Under the pieces are notes generated by a model, which worked only from the letters and a program-made list of their open reading frames with translations, did no database searches and was not told the origin of the DNA. Position numbers and translations under genes: made by a program. Below, one piece after another: positions 24,600 through 36,115 of a stretch of DNA of 64,000 bases. The stretch covers positions 37,636,001 to 37,700,000 of the forward strand of contig NC_045697.1 of the NCBI RefSeq assembly GCF_009834535.1. Reading direction: 5' to 3'. This DNA is from Camelus ferus. Lineage: Eukaryota. Within the stretch, counting starts at the first letter, position 1, and each line of letters opens with the position of its first letter.

Positions 24600-25140
24600 A
24601 CTCAACAAAAGTTTAGTTAGGAAAGAGCCCAATCACAAATTAAATGTTCAGCTACAATGGTAAGTGAGTTATCTAAAAGTCCAGGGGTCAGTTGGACTAC
24701 TGAGAAGCATTCAGCCTTTAAGAGACTTAGGTTGTAGGGGTAGCAATCACAGACCTCAAAAGCATGTTGGAAGATGACCCCAATTAACACCACTAGGGCA
24801 TACTCAGTTTGGCTGTAATATCATGTAACTACTACAACATCCTTAAAGCTCCAGGTTCTGTTTTCAGAGTCACTGATGACAGTTTTGTTTTCAGAAAAAA
24901 CAGGTAGAGTGGGATAAAGATTCCCAGTGGATATTTAGTCTCTAGCGGTGTCTATGACCCACATTTTAAGCCCTAGAAAAAAACACAGAACATTTGCCAA
25001 AAGGTCTGTCCATCATGCTGGTTCAGACAAAGATAAACCCAATTAGGTATAACCAACAAAATGAAGAAAGTTGCTGAGTAGAGGAAAATTCCTCACCATT
25101 AGAAAAGGCAGCAAGACAAATCTACTTTTCTAGGGGGTTT
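24600..25140 (+). mobile_element. Possible L3/CR1 remnant
   Basis: AAGAGACTTAGGTTGTAGGG... and AAAATTCCTCACCATTAGAAAAGG resemble the L3 ORF2 end; very degenerate. Confidence 0.3.
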
Positions 25141-25335
25141 AAGAGTGCCTGGGGTAATGGGATTAACTTTGACATCTGTGCTTAGATTCCAACCTTTGGT
25201 GGTAGAAAAGCTTATAGCTTAATTTTGCAAGACCCAGCATGGAACCTTTGTTGGCCAGTAGGGAGATGGAGTCTGAGAAAATTGGATTACAGCTTCTGAT
25301 ATAAGGACTTGCAAGATCAAGAAAAAGTGCAATTG

Positions 25336-25790
25336 AAATCGTCATTCTAAGTGAAATAAGACAGAAAGAGAAAGAAAAATATCGTATGATATCACTCATA
25401 TGTGGAATCTAAAAAAAAAAGACACAAATGAACTTATTTACAAAACAGAAACTGACTCACAAACATAGAAAACAAACATGGTTACTGTTGGGGAAGGGTG
25501 TGAGAAAGGATAAATTAGGAGTTCAAGATTTGCAAATACTAACTACTATATATAGAATAGATATATAAGTTTCTCCTGTATAGCACAGGAAACTATATTC
25601 AATATCTTGCAGTAACCCATAATGGAAAAGAATATGAAAACAAATATATGTTTGTATATGTATGACTGAAACATTATGCTGTACACCAGAAACTGACACA
25701 ACATTGTAAACTGACTATACTTCAATAAAAAAAAATTCTTAAAAAAAAAAACAAAATAAAATAAATACTACCTTTCCTTTTAAAAAAAAA
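25336..25790 (+). mobile_element. 5'-truncated young L1 3' end
   Basis: ATCGTCATTCTAAGTGAAATAAGACAGAAAGAGAAAG...CTGACTATACTTCAATAAAAAAAA; short flanking repeat GCAATTG on both sides. Confidence 0.9.
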
Positions 25791-26804
25791 TAAGCAATTG
25801 TACCAGACAAGTCTTTCCCCGTGTGATATTTTAATTTCAGAAAAGTCCACAAGCTGGATAACCAAACCATCCCTGATCTGTCCCATCCAGCGAGTAAGCT
25901 GATCCTGGACTGCAACAGCTTTTGCTCCTGGTAACTGGGAAGGATAAATCCTTCTTAAAGACCATAGTTTTGAGCCCTTATTTCCCTCTTTTTAGAAAAA
26001 AGGACAACAGATCATGAAAAGTAAATTCCAAGAAGAAAGACTCCTCCACGTTCACTTGTTACAGATGTTCCTACTTGTATTTCATCACCCATATCAATCA
26101 GCAACCACCTTCCCTTGTTCTACCCCAAAACTACCCATGAGCTGGTCTCAGTGGTGATGCCCTTCCCAATGTTCTCATAACCCCTATCATGTACCCTACT
26201 GCATTATAATATAATAATGTGTCATCCCATATGAGGATGCAAGCTCTTTGTCTTACTCATTTTTGTAGGTCAGCGTCTAGCATAGTGTCATATACAAAGT
26301 TCTCAAGAAAGGTTTCTTCAGTGAATTTCCATATGAATGGATGAGTGAGTAAATGGTTGATCCACAGGTCCTCTGAAGGCTTGCTTTAGGAAGATGTGCC
26401 TGGGTGATCTTTCAGAACATTCTGGCTACTTCTGCATCCTTCAGATGAATTACTTAACATCACTGAAGTTCAGTTTTCTTACTTACAAAATGAAAGCAGT
26501 GCTACCCATTCCATTAGGCTGTTGTAAAGCTCAAAATAAGTACTTCATGCTGGGTGCCTGCCTATCCATGAACCGGATGCCGTTCTTTCCCTATGTTCAG
26601 TCTATCTTCTACTGGAAGAGGTTAGTTAGTGTTGTGCTGGGGCAGCAGCCATGCTACAGTGGGGGTAAAATAGTAACTTGGTGTTTGAGTCTGATATGTG
26701 CAGAGGATTTTTACCTGGCAGGGTAGGGGCAGTGATGAGGATCACATCAGTTCCCCAGTTCAGCCTACCTTACAGTGGAAGCTTTGTAAATTCGAGTACT
26801 TAAA

Positions 26805-27075
26805 AACCAATGAAGTTTTCTACAGAACAGAAACAGACTCACAGACATATGAGAACCATAAGAACAAATTTATAGTTATCAGGGGATTAAGGGGGTGAGA
26901 AGGGATAAATTGAGAATTCAAAATTTGCACCTCTTGGGGAGTGATGGAAATGTTAGCTATCTTGATTGTGGTGGTGGTTTCATTGGTGGATACCTCTATC
27001 AATATTCGTCAAATTGTACATATGAAATATGTGTAATTTACTGTACAGGAATCATACCATAATAACGGTGTAAAC
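26805..27075 (+). mobile_element. Young L1 3'UTR piece joined to an older L1M 3' end
   Basis: ACAGAAACAGACTCACAGAC...GGGATAAATTGAGAATTCAAAATTTGCA, then GGGGAGTGATGGAAATGTTAGCTATCTTGATTGTGGTGGTGGTT. Confidence 0.7.
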
Positions 27076-27109
27076 AAACAAACCAACAAACATAAAAATA
27101 GTGCCCAAA

Positions 27110-30100
27110 CGTAAACTTCCCATAATGTTAAAGAATAAATACTGTGAGGAACCTCTTTGTCTCACAACACCTAAAAATGCATGGATAAAAGATGTTAAAA
27201 TGCTTGTCTAAACTGTCAGCAAAATGATGGGAATCACTGGAAGCTAAAAATACAAGAAAGCACAAATCTTCAGAGGCAACCACCCTGAAGAAACAGGTCC
27301 CTGTGGTCATTGACTTATCACTGGTGGCCTAGAGCCTTTATTTTAATGGGCATCAAGCAAAGAGGGGGAGACAATGCCTAGGGTTTGAATCAGGTGAAGA
27401 CAGAAAAAGATCTCTAAATAAATAGTTCAAGACCCAGAAGTTGACATTTTTCATGCGAGGGTAAACCAAAAGAGGAAAATCTATCCCACAAAAGAAAAGA
27501 GTACAGAAACTTTCTTATCTCAACTTTGCCTCTAAGTAGAGTATATCTTGAAAGTTTCTATTCACAAATGGTCCTCATGAAGGTTTAGAGCCAAATTGTA
27601 GAATTCCTACTACCTATGTTGTCCCCAGATACTCAACTTTAGAATTTTATTTAAGCTGATTCAAGATGTGTAATGCTTTCCTGGAGAAATATACCTTAAA
27701 TAAAGGCCTCAAATTATTCCCTCAGGTAATTATAAACTCTCTGAATATAAAAATTATAAAACATAGGAGGAAACAAGTCAATTGAGTGAAGATAAGTAGA
27801 AATAACAAATAACAGGATTATAGCTGCAAAAATGGATGATGCTGGAATTATCAATTAAGAAATACAGACTAAGTAAGTTTGATGAGCTTAATAAAAAAAA
27901 GAGAATATTTGGAGTATAACAAGGTACCGGAAACTATAAAATATGATCAGGTGGATTTTGAAAAAAGAGCCAAATAGATCTTCCAGTTAAAAAAAAAACA
28001 CATAATAAATGAAATTAGAAATTAAGTGGATGGGTACAGCAATCTATACAATGGGAGAGAGAATTAATGAGCTGGAAGAAAAAACTTAAGAGTTACCCAA
28101 TATACAGCAGAGAGAAAAAGAGACTGAAAAAAATAAAACAAAAGTTAAAAGATGTTGAGAGAAGATGGTAGCAGTGGAGGTCTAAGCCATGCTGTTGCCC
28201 GGGGTGTGGCGCTGGCTCTGGTTTTCACTGAGAGGCTCCTGATCAGAGGGACCAACGTGTTGTCATAACTGGAGAGAATAGACTGAGAAATACACAAGCC
28301 ACTATAAATATTGTTCTGGATGTTCTTGAAACATGAATAACATATTTGGAAAATGAACTCAGAGTGGCCTCTGAAAACTCCAAATTGTCAGTATGCACAG
28401 TTAAGCTCTGGATTGATGCTGGAAATTGATATGAAAATAAGAAGAATAACAGAGCAGCTCATTCTCTGGAACACAGAGATTTGAAAGGCACCAAAAAGAG
28501 AGTCAAATTAGATCTGGAACATAAAAATGAAAACATGGGTGCTCACATTAATGCCTATACCTTCAGAAAGTAGACCATAAATTATGCCAAAGAATTCTCT
28601 AATGATTTGCCAAGAGCTGTAGACATTCTTGCTGACATAACATAAAACAGTACATTGGACAAAGCAGAGACAGAATATGAGTATAGGATAATCTTTAGGG
28701 AGATGTGCAAAGTCAAAGCCAATTTACAAGAAGCTGTATTTTACTGTTGTCATGCCACAGCTTATCAAAATACCGCACTGGATGGACAGTTTGGGGACCA
28801 ACTGAAAATGTAAATCTATACATTATAAAGACTTAGTGAACTGTATAAGCACACATTTTTTAACAAGGGGCCAAAAATAGTCTTTGCTGTAACTGGAGGA
28901 GTCTCCTATGATGAACAGCATAAGTTAGCCAAGTTTCATTTTGGTAACTTTTTGTCCACACACAAAGGAAAAATAACAACCTCCCTGCCAATTCACAGGA
29001 AGTGAGATTCCTTTGAGGGATGACAAGATGCCTCTGACACACCTTGCAAGAGCCGTCGAAGCTGTTGGCTGGAAATATCCAGATACACTCTCTCTCACAG
29101 TTGCAAACACACTGATTGGCAAGTATGATTGCCATTTCAGAGGAGGACTGAATGTATATTTAGGAAGCCAGCCCAGCTCACCTGTCGTGGCAATCTCTGC
29201 CACGGCTTGAAGTCTTTTCAACATTTCCTACAAAGATGCAGGATTGTGGGGAATCTATATGAGCCGTGCATCAGCCCTTGTTGCAGACATGCTCCATGTT
29301 GTTCAGAAAGACTAGATGTGACTCTGTATGAGTGTCACTGGAATTAGAGTTGCACAAAAATTCTTCCAAAAACAAAATATGTTTTTGCAACTCTGTGGTT
29401 CAACTTTATGGTGAAGAGATTGGTAGGCAAATGCAATGCTGTGATAGAAGACTTCCCATTCCCGAACTTGGAAGCAGGAACTGATGCTGCAGATGCTGAG
29501 ACAGGGCAAGCGGTGTGCACCAAACGTGTTTATGGTAAGAGTTCACCTACTGCTGCTGTTGGTTCCATTGAGCGAGATTTTAACTGGATTTGCAGTAACA
29601 TATGCTGGTTTTGATTTAAATTCTTAGTCAAAATATTTTGAACATACTTATTAATAAAAGAGAGATCTGCAAGTTTTAAGCTATAAATTATTTTTTAAGT
29701 GAACAAATATTTATAATGAAGTATATTTGGAAAAGAAGACATGGAGGCTATACTTCAGATATCTAATCAGAGTTCAAGAAAGCGGTAATAGAAAAAATGT
29801 AGAATAAGGCAACATTCAAAGAGATGTTGACTAAGAATTTTCGTGAATTTACAAAGAAATGTTCAAATTTAGGAAACCCAATGAATTTCTAGCAGAATAA
29901 ATGAAAAGAAATACAAAGCTAGATAGATATATTGTAATGATATGGTAGAATACCAAAAGAAGGGAAGAAAGAATGAAGGGGGAGAGGCGGGGGTGGGAGG
30001 AAAAAGAAAGGAAAGAGAACGAGAGAAAAGGAAGAAAAAAGAATAAAAGAAAATGAAAAGGAAAAGAAAGAAAATCTTAAAGGCAGCCATAGAAAAACAC

Positions 30101-30220
30101 ATTACTGAGAAAGGAACAAATTGGATTGACACCTGGTTTCCCAATAGGCACTATGAAAATGAGAATGTAATAGAATTTTTTTTTTAAGCAGAGAGGAAAC
30201 AATCATCAATCTAGAGTGAC
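27110..30220 (+). mobile_element. Ancient L1/HAL1 5'UTR-ORF1 remnant hosting the PMPCB retrocopy
   Basis: ORF1 motifs on both sides of the insert: GAAATTAGAAATTAAGTGGATGGG...GAGAGAATTAATGAGCTGGAAGA (left); ATTCAAAGAGATGTTGACTAAGAATTTTC...AAAATCTTAAAGGCAGCCATAGAAAA (right). Confidence 0.7.
28160..29735 (+). pseudogene. PMPCB: Processed pseudogene of mitochondrial processing peptidase beta subunit
   Basis: Colinear, intronless similarity to the whole PMPCB CDS from ATG 28165 (in-frame TAA at codon 7): [60 protein letters not shown] (29013-), LEAGTDAADAETGQAVCTK...AAVG...SNICW (to ~29610). Multiple stops and frameshifts. Confidence 0.95.
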
Positions 30221-30408
30221 ATTACCATACGATCCAGCAATTCCACTCCTGGGTATACATCCAAAAAAACTCAAGATACTAGTTCAAAAAGATACATGGC
30301 ACCCCAATGTTTTACAATTTATTTATTATTTGTAGCATTGTTTACAATTGCCAAGATATGGAAAGCAATCTAAGTGTCTATCAACAGCGAATAAAGAGGG
30401 TGCGGTAT

Positions 30409-30439
<31 letters not shown>

Positions 30440-30680
30440 TACATATACATACACAATGGCATACTACTCAGCCATAAAGAAGAACAGACTTTCGCCATTT
30501 ACAGCAACGTGGATGGATTTGGAGGGCACACATTGCACCAGTGTCAGTTTTCTAGTTTTGACCGTGTTCCATAGTTATGTAAGATGTAATCACTGGGGAA
30601 AACTGAGTGAAGAGTTCATGGGGCTTTTCTACTATTTTTGCAATTTACTGTGACTTCATAATTCTTTCAAAATAAAATAC
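30220..30680 (+). mobile_element. L1 ORF2-end fragment joined to an older L1MC/MD-type 3' end
   Basis: TTACCATACGATCCAGCAATTCCACTCCTGGGTATA...ATGGATTTGGAGGGCA, then CATAGTTATGTAAGATGTAATCACTGGGGAAAACTGAGTGAAG...TCAAAATAAAA. Confidence 0.75.
30409..30455. repeat. (CA)n microsatellite inside L1
   Basis: About 13 pure AC units followed by imperfect CATA units. Confidence 0.9.
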
Positions 30681-31399
30681 CTATTAAGGCTTTATTTTGC
30701 CAAGTTTTTGGCAGCAAGGATGAACAAAACAGGGCTTTAGAAAATCCTGCCGTTTGGTTAACTTTATAATCCTTTTGGGATAATAGGTAAGACCCAAATA
30801 TATTAAAGATAGAAATAACAACCAAAAAAGGGTTGCAGCTATCTGAGTAGTGCTAGGGTTACAAAGTCCAGCAGTGCCAAGACCCGAGTATCGAGAGCTT
30901 CAAATAACAATTCAAAATGCCAACTGTTGAAAAGACAGCTTTGGGTCAATGTCAAATTCATGCAGTCAAGGTGGAAAATAGGATATCCCAATGTTAGACC
31001 AAAAAGCCTTGCCCCAGAACAGCCCTCAGTTTTCTGCATGGGAAATTATCTAAAATACATCCAGCCACATATGACATTCAGGTACTAAGTGGCATGATTT
31101 TTTTTTTTTAACGTTTTTTCCATAACTGATCATCACTTGCTCTCCCAGGCCACTTGCCAACTTAAGCAAGAGGGTGTGACCCCTGGGCACAGGTCCTGGT
31201 CACTGGGCAAGCTACCCATGTTCTGGGAGGACCTCCAGGGCCACATAAATTATGCAGACCCTCCTGGACAGAGAGCAATCTGTCACTTCTTGAGTGACCC
31301 CTCTTCCCATCTTATTTTAGTAAGACTAATGTTACCAAGATCCCATGTTTTCCTTGGCACTGAGCCCTTAGAGATTTTTGTTCTTTGTTCACCCTTTTT

Positions 31400-32500
31400 T
31401 AAAACAAATTAAAAGCAGTTTATTATGTAATATTCTGTGCTTACAGTGGAACATGTGTAAGTATATACAAAGCCACGGCCAACAGAAGAATCCCAACATG
31501 AACAGTACCATCAACACGAACTGTGTCCTCCTCCCCATTTCCCATCCTCCTGCCTTCCCCTCAGAATAACCACTTTCCTGAATGCTGTGTTTGTCATCTC
31601 TTGCTTTTTAAAAAATAGTAGCCCTGGGGGAGGATGCAGCTCAGTGGTAAGAGTGTGTGCTTAGCATGCACAAGGTCCTGGGTTCAATCCCAGTAGCTCC
31701 ACTAAAGAAAAAATAATTTTAAAAATAATTAATTAAAAATAGTAGCCAGCAATGTAGGTATCCCCAAACAATGCTGCTGAGCTTCGTTTGCATTTTTGCT
31801 AATATGGACTGTGCTTCTTTTTATTAATGGTCTTGTACATGCACCTGTGTGAGAGTTTCTGTAGGATACACACCTGCGAGTGGAATTGCTGGGCCACAGA
31901 GATATAATCTTCACTTGCCTTAGACAGTGCCTAGTTGTATTATTTTAAAGCCCAACCATAGTATATGATTCTGCTTTTCCACATCCTCACCAACACTTAG
32001 TATTATCAGACTTCATAATTTTTTGGTTCATCTAGTGGATTTAAAATGATATCTCAATTGTGATTTTAATGTGCATGCCCCTGATTACTAAGGAAGTTGA
32101 GAATCTTTTACTATCTTGACTAGTCATCTATATTTCTTTTTGTGAATTACCTTATCATGATAGTTGGACATTTTGTGACAGGTTGCAGGCATTCTTTATA
32201 TGCTCTGCATCCTAGTTCTTTGTCAGGTGTGATGTCAAGATTTTCTCCAGGTTTGCAGCTTATCTTTTTACTCTATGATAATTTCGGCAAGTGGAAGTTA
32301 TGAATTTTAATGAAGTGAAATGTTTTCGTCTTTTCCTCTTTGGTTTGTGCTTTTTGTGGCTTTCAATTCCATAGAGAAGGAGGGACTCATTGTGAAAGGG
32401 AACGTTTTTAATCTTTTAGAGGAAAATACAGGAAGAATATCTTTATGACGTTTGGGTAAGGAAGGATTTCTTAAACAAGACCCCGAAAGCGCTCATCATA
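31400..32500 (-). mobile_element. Old L1ME-type element, antisense, with a 5' inverted segment at ~32390-32500
   Basis: Antisense 3'UTR/ORF2 at 31400-32370 (GAGTGGAATTGCTGGGCCACAG, CCACATCCTCACCAACACTTAGTATTATCAGAC); plus-strand ORF2 piece CTTTTAGAGGAAAATACAGGAAGAATATCTTTATGAC...GATTTCTTAAACAAGAC. Confidence 0.7.
31624..31734 (+). mobile_element. tRNA-Ala-derived SINE (camelid Vic-1 type)
   Basis: GGGGAGGATGCAGCTCAGTGGTAAGAGTGTGTGCTTAGCATGCACAAGGTCCTGGGTTCAATCCCAG plus AT-rich tail; perfect 13-bp TSD AAAAATAGTAGCC at 31611-31623 and 31735-31747. Confidence 0.9.
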
Positions 32501-33078
32501 AACCACTGCTATGTTAACAAACGTTTTTAACGATTGTTAGGATAAGTCAGGAGGATAAGCTGAGCCCTAGCCACTGCTGTTTTCATTACGTTCCCTGCTC
32601 AGAGCTGCTGTTGAAGGGCTGGTTTCAGAACAATAGGCTGCCGGCACCACCACGGCGGCTGCCTCTGTCCTCATTCCCATCCTTCTTGCCCCCACGGCCA
32701 CCACCTCCCCAGAAGGGAGGCACAGGGACCCACAGCAGTTTCTTCACCTTTAATTCTTCTTTGTTACTAGAGCTGATGGGGGTCTGTTTCCGCTAATCTT
32801 AACTGTGGCAAAAAGCTCCAGGATGTCTATTCTTCTGGTTACATATGGAATTTCCTGGACTTCAGTTGATTGCTTGGGATGGGGGCTGATTAGATGCAGC
32901 TATTTCCAGGCATCCTTGCCTTTTCTTTTCCTGAAAAACCATTGTGTTAGCAGCGTATTTTTAGGTGGGGCTACATTATTCACATACATTTTCTTTTCTT
33001 TTTCACGGTACAAGTACAAACCAAATTTTCTTCCAGAGGAAAAAAAAAAACCACAAGCTAGCATTGAGTGCTACTTTC

Positions 33079-33250
33079 TTTTTCTTTTTTAAAATTTTAA
33101 CATTTTGATTTAATTTAATTTTCAAAATTTTGCTGGGGGGAGGTCATTCGGCTTATTTATTTATTTTTTGGTGGAGGTGCTGGGGATTGAGCCCTGGACC
33201 TTGTACCTGCCAGGCATGTGCTCTGTCGCCGAGCTACACCCTCCCCACCA
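33079..33250 (-). mobile_element. tRNA-Ala-derived SINE (camelid Vic-1 type), antisense
   Basis: GGAGGTGCTGGGGATTGAGCCCTGGACCTTG...GAGCTACACCCTCCCC; perfect 12-bp TSD AGTGCTACTTTC at 33067-33078 and 33251-33262. Confidence 0.9.
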
Positions 33251-34667
33251 AGTGCTACTTTCAACAGTCTTATTCTTTGCAATACTATCTGTGTAGTCGT
33301 TGGAATACTGTGCTTTCATCATTTCTATCATTTTAAGGCCCATTTTTTTCCTCACATGCCATCTCACGAGGCTTCCCTCCCCTCCGCTCGTCCGTCCCCT
33401 TACATCTATGTATGGGTCATCATCCTCTTCTCCATCGGCATCTTCTCAGCTTAGCTGAACGCTCCAGGGAGCCTCAGTGGGGGTGAGGCTCCCTCATGAT
33501 GAATGGGTTTCTTTTCACTCTTCGTAATGTGCTGGCTTCCACTCAGGGCAGCTAATTTCTTTGTAGCTACTTGGAGTAAGCAGATTAGGTTACCAGCATT
33601 GCTGTTTATCTCATTCTAGAGTCAATGATCCAGTTCACATGATCACCACCTATAAATCTGGGAAACTATTACACAGAAGCCCTAGCAATTGATTAGTGAG
33701 TATTTCCTGGAATGAATCATTTATAAAACAACACTTTGATTCCCAGACTATTCATGAGGCATATAGGACCTAGTGAGTTGCTTATTTGCTGACTGTTGGA
33801 TGATATTCATTTTTTTCCTGCTGTAATATCTGAATCTTACCCCCATTTTCTCAGTGTTCTGGCCACCAGCTCTTCCTCATTTCTTTGTCTCGTGGTTCTG
33901 TCTGAAACCATCTCAGGTAGATGTTTGTAAGACAGCTGATCTTGAGTTTCCATCTGTCTGTTGGTTTTGATGGCACTGAAATGTCACGGTTGTTTTGGTC
34001 CTTGAAGCAAATCACAACCAAGATCTGCCTTCCCAGGTCCAGCCATTCATGTCAGAGGAAAAGGGGGAAGGGGACGTGTGGGTAGAGGATACACAGACCG
34101 CCCTGCCTCTCCTCCCACGACCTGGATGGTAATGGGGCATGCTGATGGAGAATGGCTGCCTTCCAGCTTTAGCGGCTGCTTGAGGCTGGAATCCTTGGTT
34201 TTCTACATGCAAAGTATTTATGATCTTGTATATGCCAGACACTACATTGCAGACTGTACTTAAAATCTGGGTGGGACCAGAGGTCAGATAATAATTGCTG
34301 TCTTACACCAAGCACTTTCTGTGAACAAGGTGATCTGTGCTAAGACCTTCATAGCATCTTATTTAATCTTATAACCATTGCATGTCCTAGGTGTGGTCTG
34401 AGACTGACAAGGCTGAGAGAGGTTGGGCATATTTTCCAGGTCATTCAACTAGTAAGTGAAGAAGTTAAATTCAAACATAGACTTATCTAACTCAATAGGG
34501 TGCTTTTAATCACTACACTGTCCTGCCTCCCTCTTAAAAACATAAATGGTAGGCAGAATTACATGGTGGTAAGTAAAAAGACGTTACCAAAAAAGTGAGT
34601 TCACGGTAGGCTTGAGTAGTTACTGGCTACAGAGCAGAAGGAAGGGGTTCACAGAGAGCATCCAATC

Positions 34668-35045
34668 CCATGTTTCTCAAACTCTTGCTTTCAAGCGTAC
34701 TAAAAAACCACATAATATTACAAAAAAAATCTTCAATGCTTCTTGAGTTTGCATGTCACCCTTTCACCAGGAACATGCTAATCTTCCCTGTGTCTTTCCA
34801 ATTTTAGCAATGTACCACCAGTGAGCACGCTCAAGCTTTTTAACTTACAACCCACAGCATGACATGAATTTTACATTACAACCCCATAAACACACGTATA
34901 GACAACTGAAACAAAACTTCACGTCACAAGACTTGCCCTCTTCTATGCAGTGCACTCTATTTTTCTATTATGGTTTACATCTTTCTTTTAAAATGATTCT
35001 GGTCACGGCCTGTCAAATAGAGTTTATGACCTATAAATACTGCCC
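34668..35045. mobile_element. hAT-Charlie-type MITE interrupted by the U6 copy
   Basis: CCATGTTTCTCAAACT | TTTTAACTTACAACCCACAG...TTTTACATTACAACCC...AACTGAAACAAAACTTCACG...TGCACTCT...CTGGTCACGGCC. Confidence 0.55.
34726..34828 (-). pseudogene. RNU6: Degenerate full-length U6 snRNA pseudogene
   Basis: The plus strand AAAATCTTCAATGCTTCTTGAGTTTGCATGTCACCCTTTCACCAGGAACATGCTAATCTTCCCTGTGTCTTTCCAATTTTAGCAATGTACCACCAGTGAGCAC is the reverse complement of U6 with many substitutions. The ACAGAGA box is altered to ACAGGGA, and I saw no upstream PSE/TATA. Confidence 0.88.
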
Positions 35046-35399
35046 TAAAAACCTCAACAGATGGGGAAACTGACACCTGGAGATGCGTTGAGTACCTAGC
35101 ATGGTGTCTGTGTCTTTGCTCTATCTCTGTATGTGACCCAGCACACTCATGTGGCACCTCAGTGGCAGAGCTGGGGTAGAGTCCAGATTTCCTGATTCCC
35201 AATCTAAGGTTTTTCAGTCAAGGAAAGTTTGTCAAAGGGGAGGGACTCTCCTATGGCAGTTTCTTCACTGGCACTGGCAGAAGTGGGAAGAAACGGCGCA
35301 GCTGTGGGAGCCTCACAGTGGGCCTAGTCCAAGGTTACCAGGTGTTAGAACAAAGCTGTCCAGTTCCAAAGCCCATGCTCTTTCTGTGGTTGTCTATCT

Positions 35400-35525
35400 T
35401 ATTTGTTCAGAAAAATCACCTGGGAGCCCTTCCACAATACTAATGCCCAGGCAACACTCAGATCACTGAATCCAACTATTTAGGGACGGGGACTGGCCTG
35501 AAAGCTTCCCCAGGTGATTTTAAGA
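35400..35525. mobile_element. MER5A-like hAT MITE fragment
   Basis: AATCACCTGGGAGCCCTT...AATACTAATGCCCAGG...AAGCTTCCCCAGGTGATTTTAAG. Confidence 0.65.
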
Positions 35526-35574
35526 GAGGTACATCCTCAATGCAGTGTAGACAATATCCCTTAAAACCATTCCT

Positions 35575-36115
35575 TCATAGCAGCATGATATACAATGGCC
35601 AAGACATGGAAGCAACCTACGTGTCCATTGACAGACGATTGAATAAAGGAGTTTTGGAATATTTATGCAATGGAATACTACTCAGCCATAAAAAAGAATG
35701 AAATGATGCCATTTGCTGCAACATAGATGGACCTAAAGATAGTTATTCTAAGTGAAGTAAGCCAGAAAGAGATGAAATATACCACATAATATCCCTTATA
35801 TGTGGAAACTAAAAAAAGATACTTATTTACAAAACAGAAATAGACTCATAGACACAGAAAACAAACACATAGTTACTAAAAGGAAAAGGTGGGGAGAGAT
35901 AAATTAGGAGTTTGGGATTAGCAGATACAAACTACTATATATAAAATAGATAACAACAAGGTCCTACTGTATAGCACAGGGAACTATATTCAATATCTTG
36001 TAATAACCTGTTATGAAAAAGAATACACATATATGTATGACTGAATCACTATGCTGTACACCAGAAATTAACACAACATTGTAAATCAACTACATTTCAA
36101 CAAAAATAAAAAAAA
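35575..36115 (+). mobile_element. 5'-truncated young L1 3' end
   Basis: GGCCAAGACATGGAAGCAACCT...GGAATACTACTCAGCCATAAAAAAGAATGAAA...GTAAATCAACTACATTTCAACAAAAATAAAAAAAA. Confidence 0.9.

Noticed and set aside
34726..34828. Functional U6 snRNA gene
   Set aside because: Many substitutions including the ACAGAGA box, and no upstream PSE/TATA seen; kept as a pseudogene.
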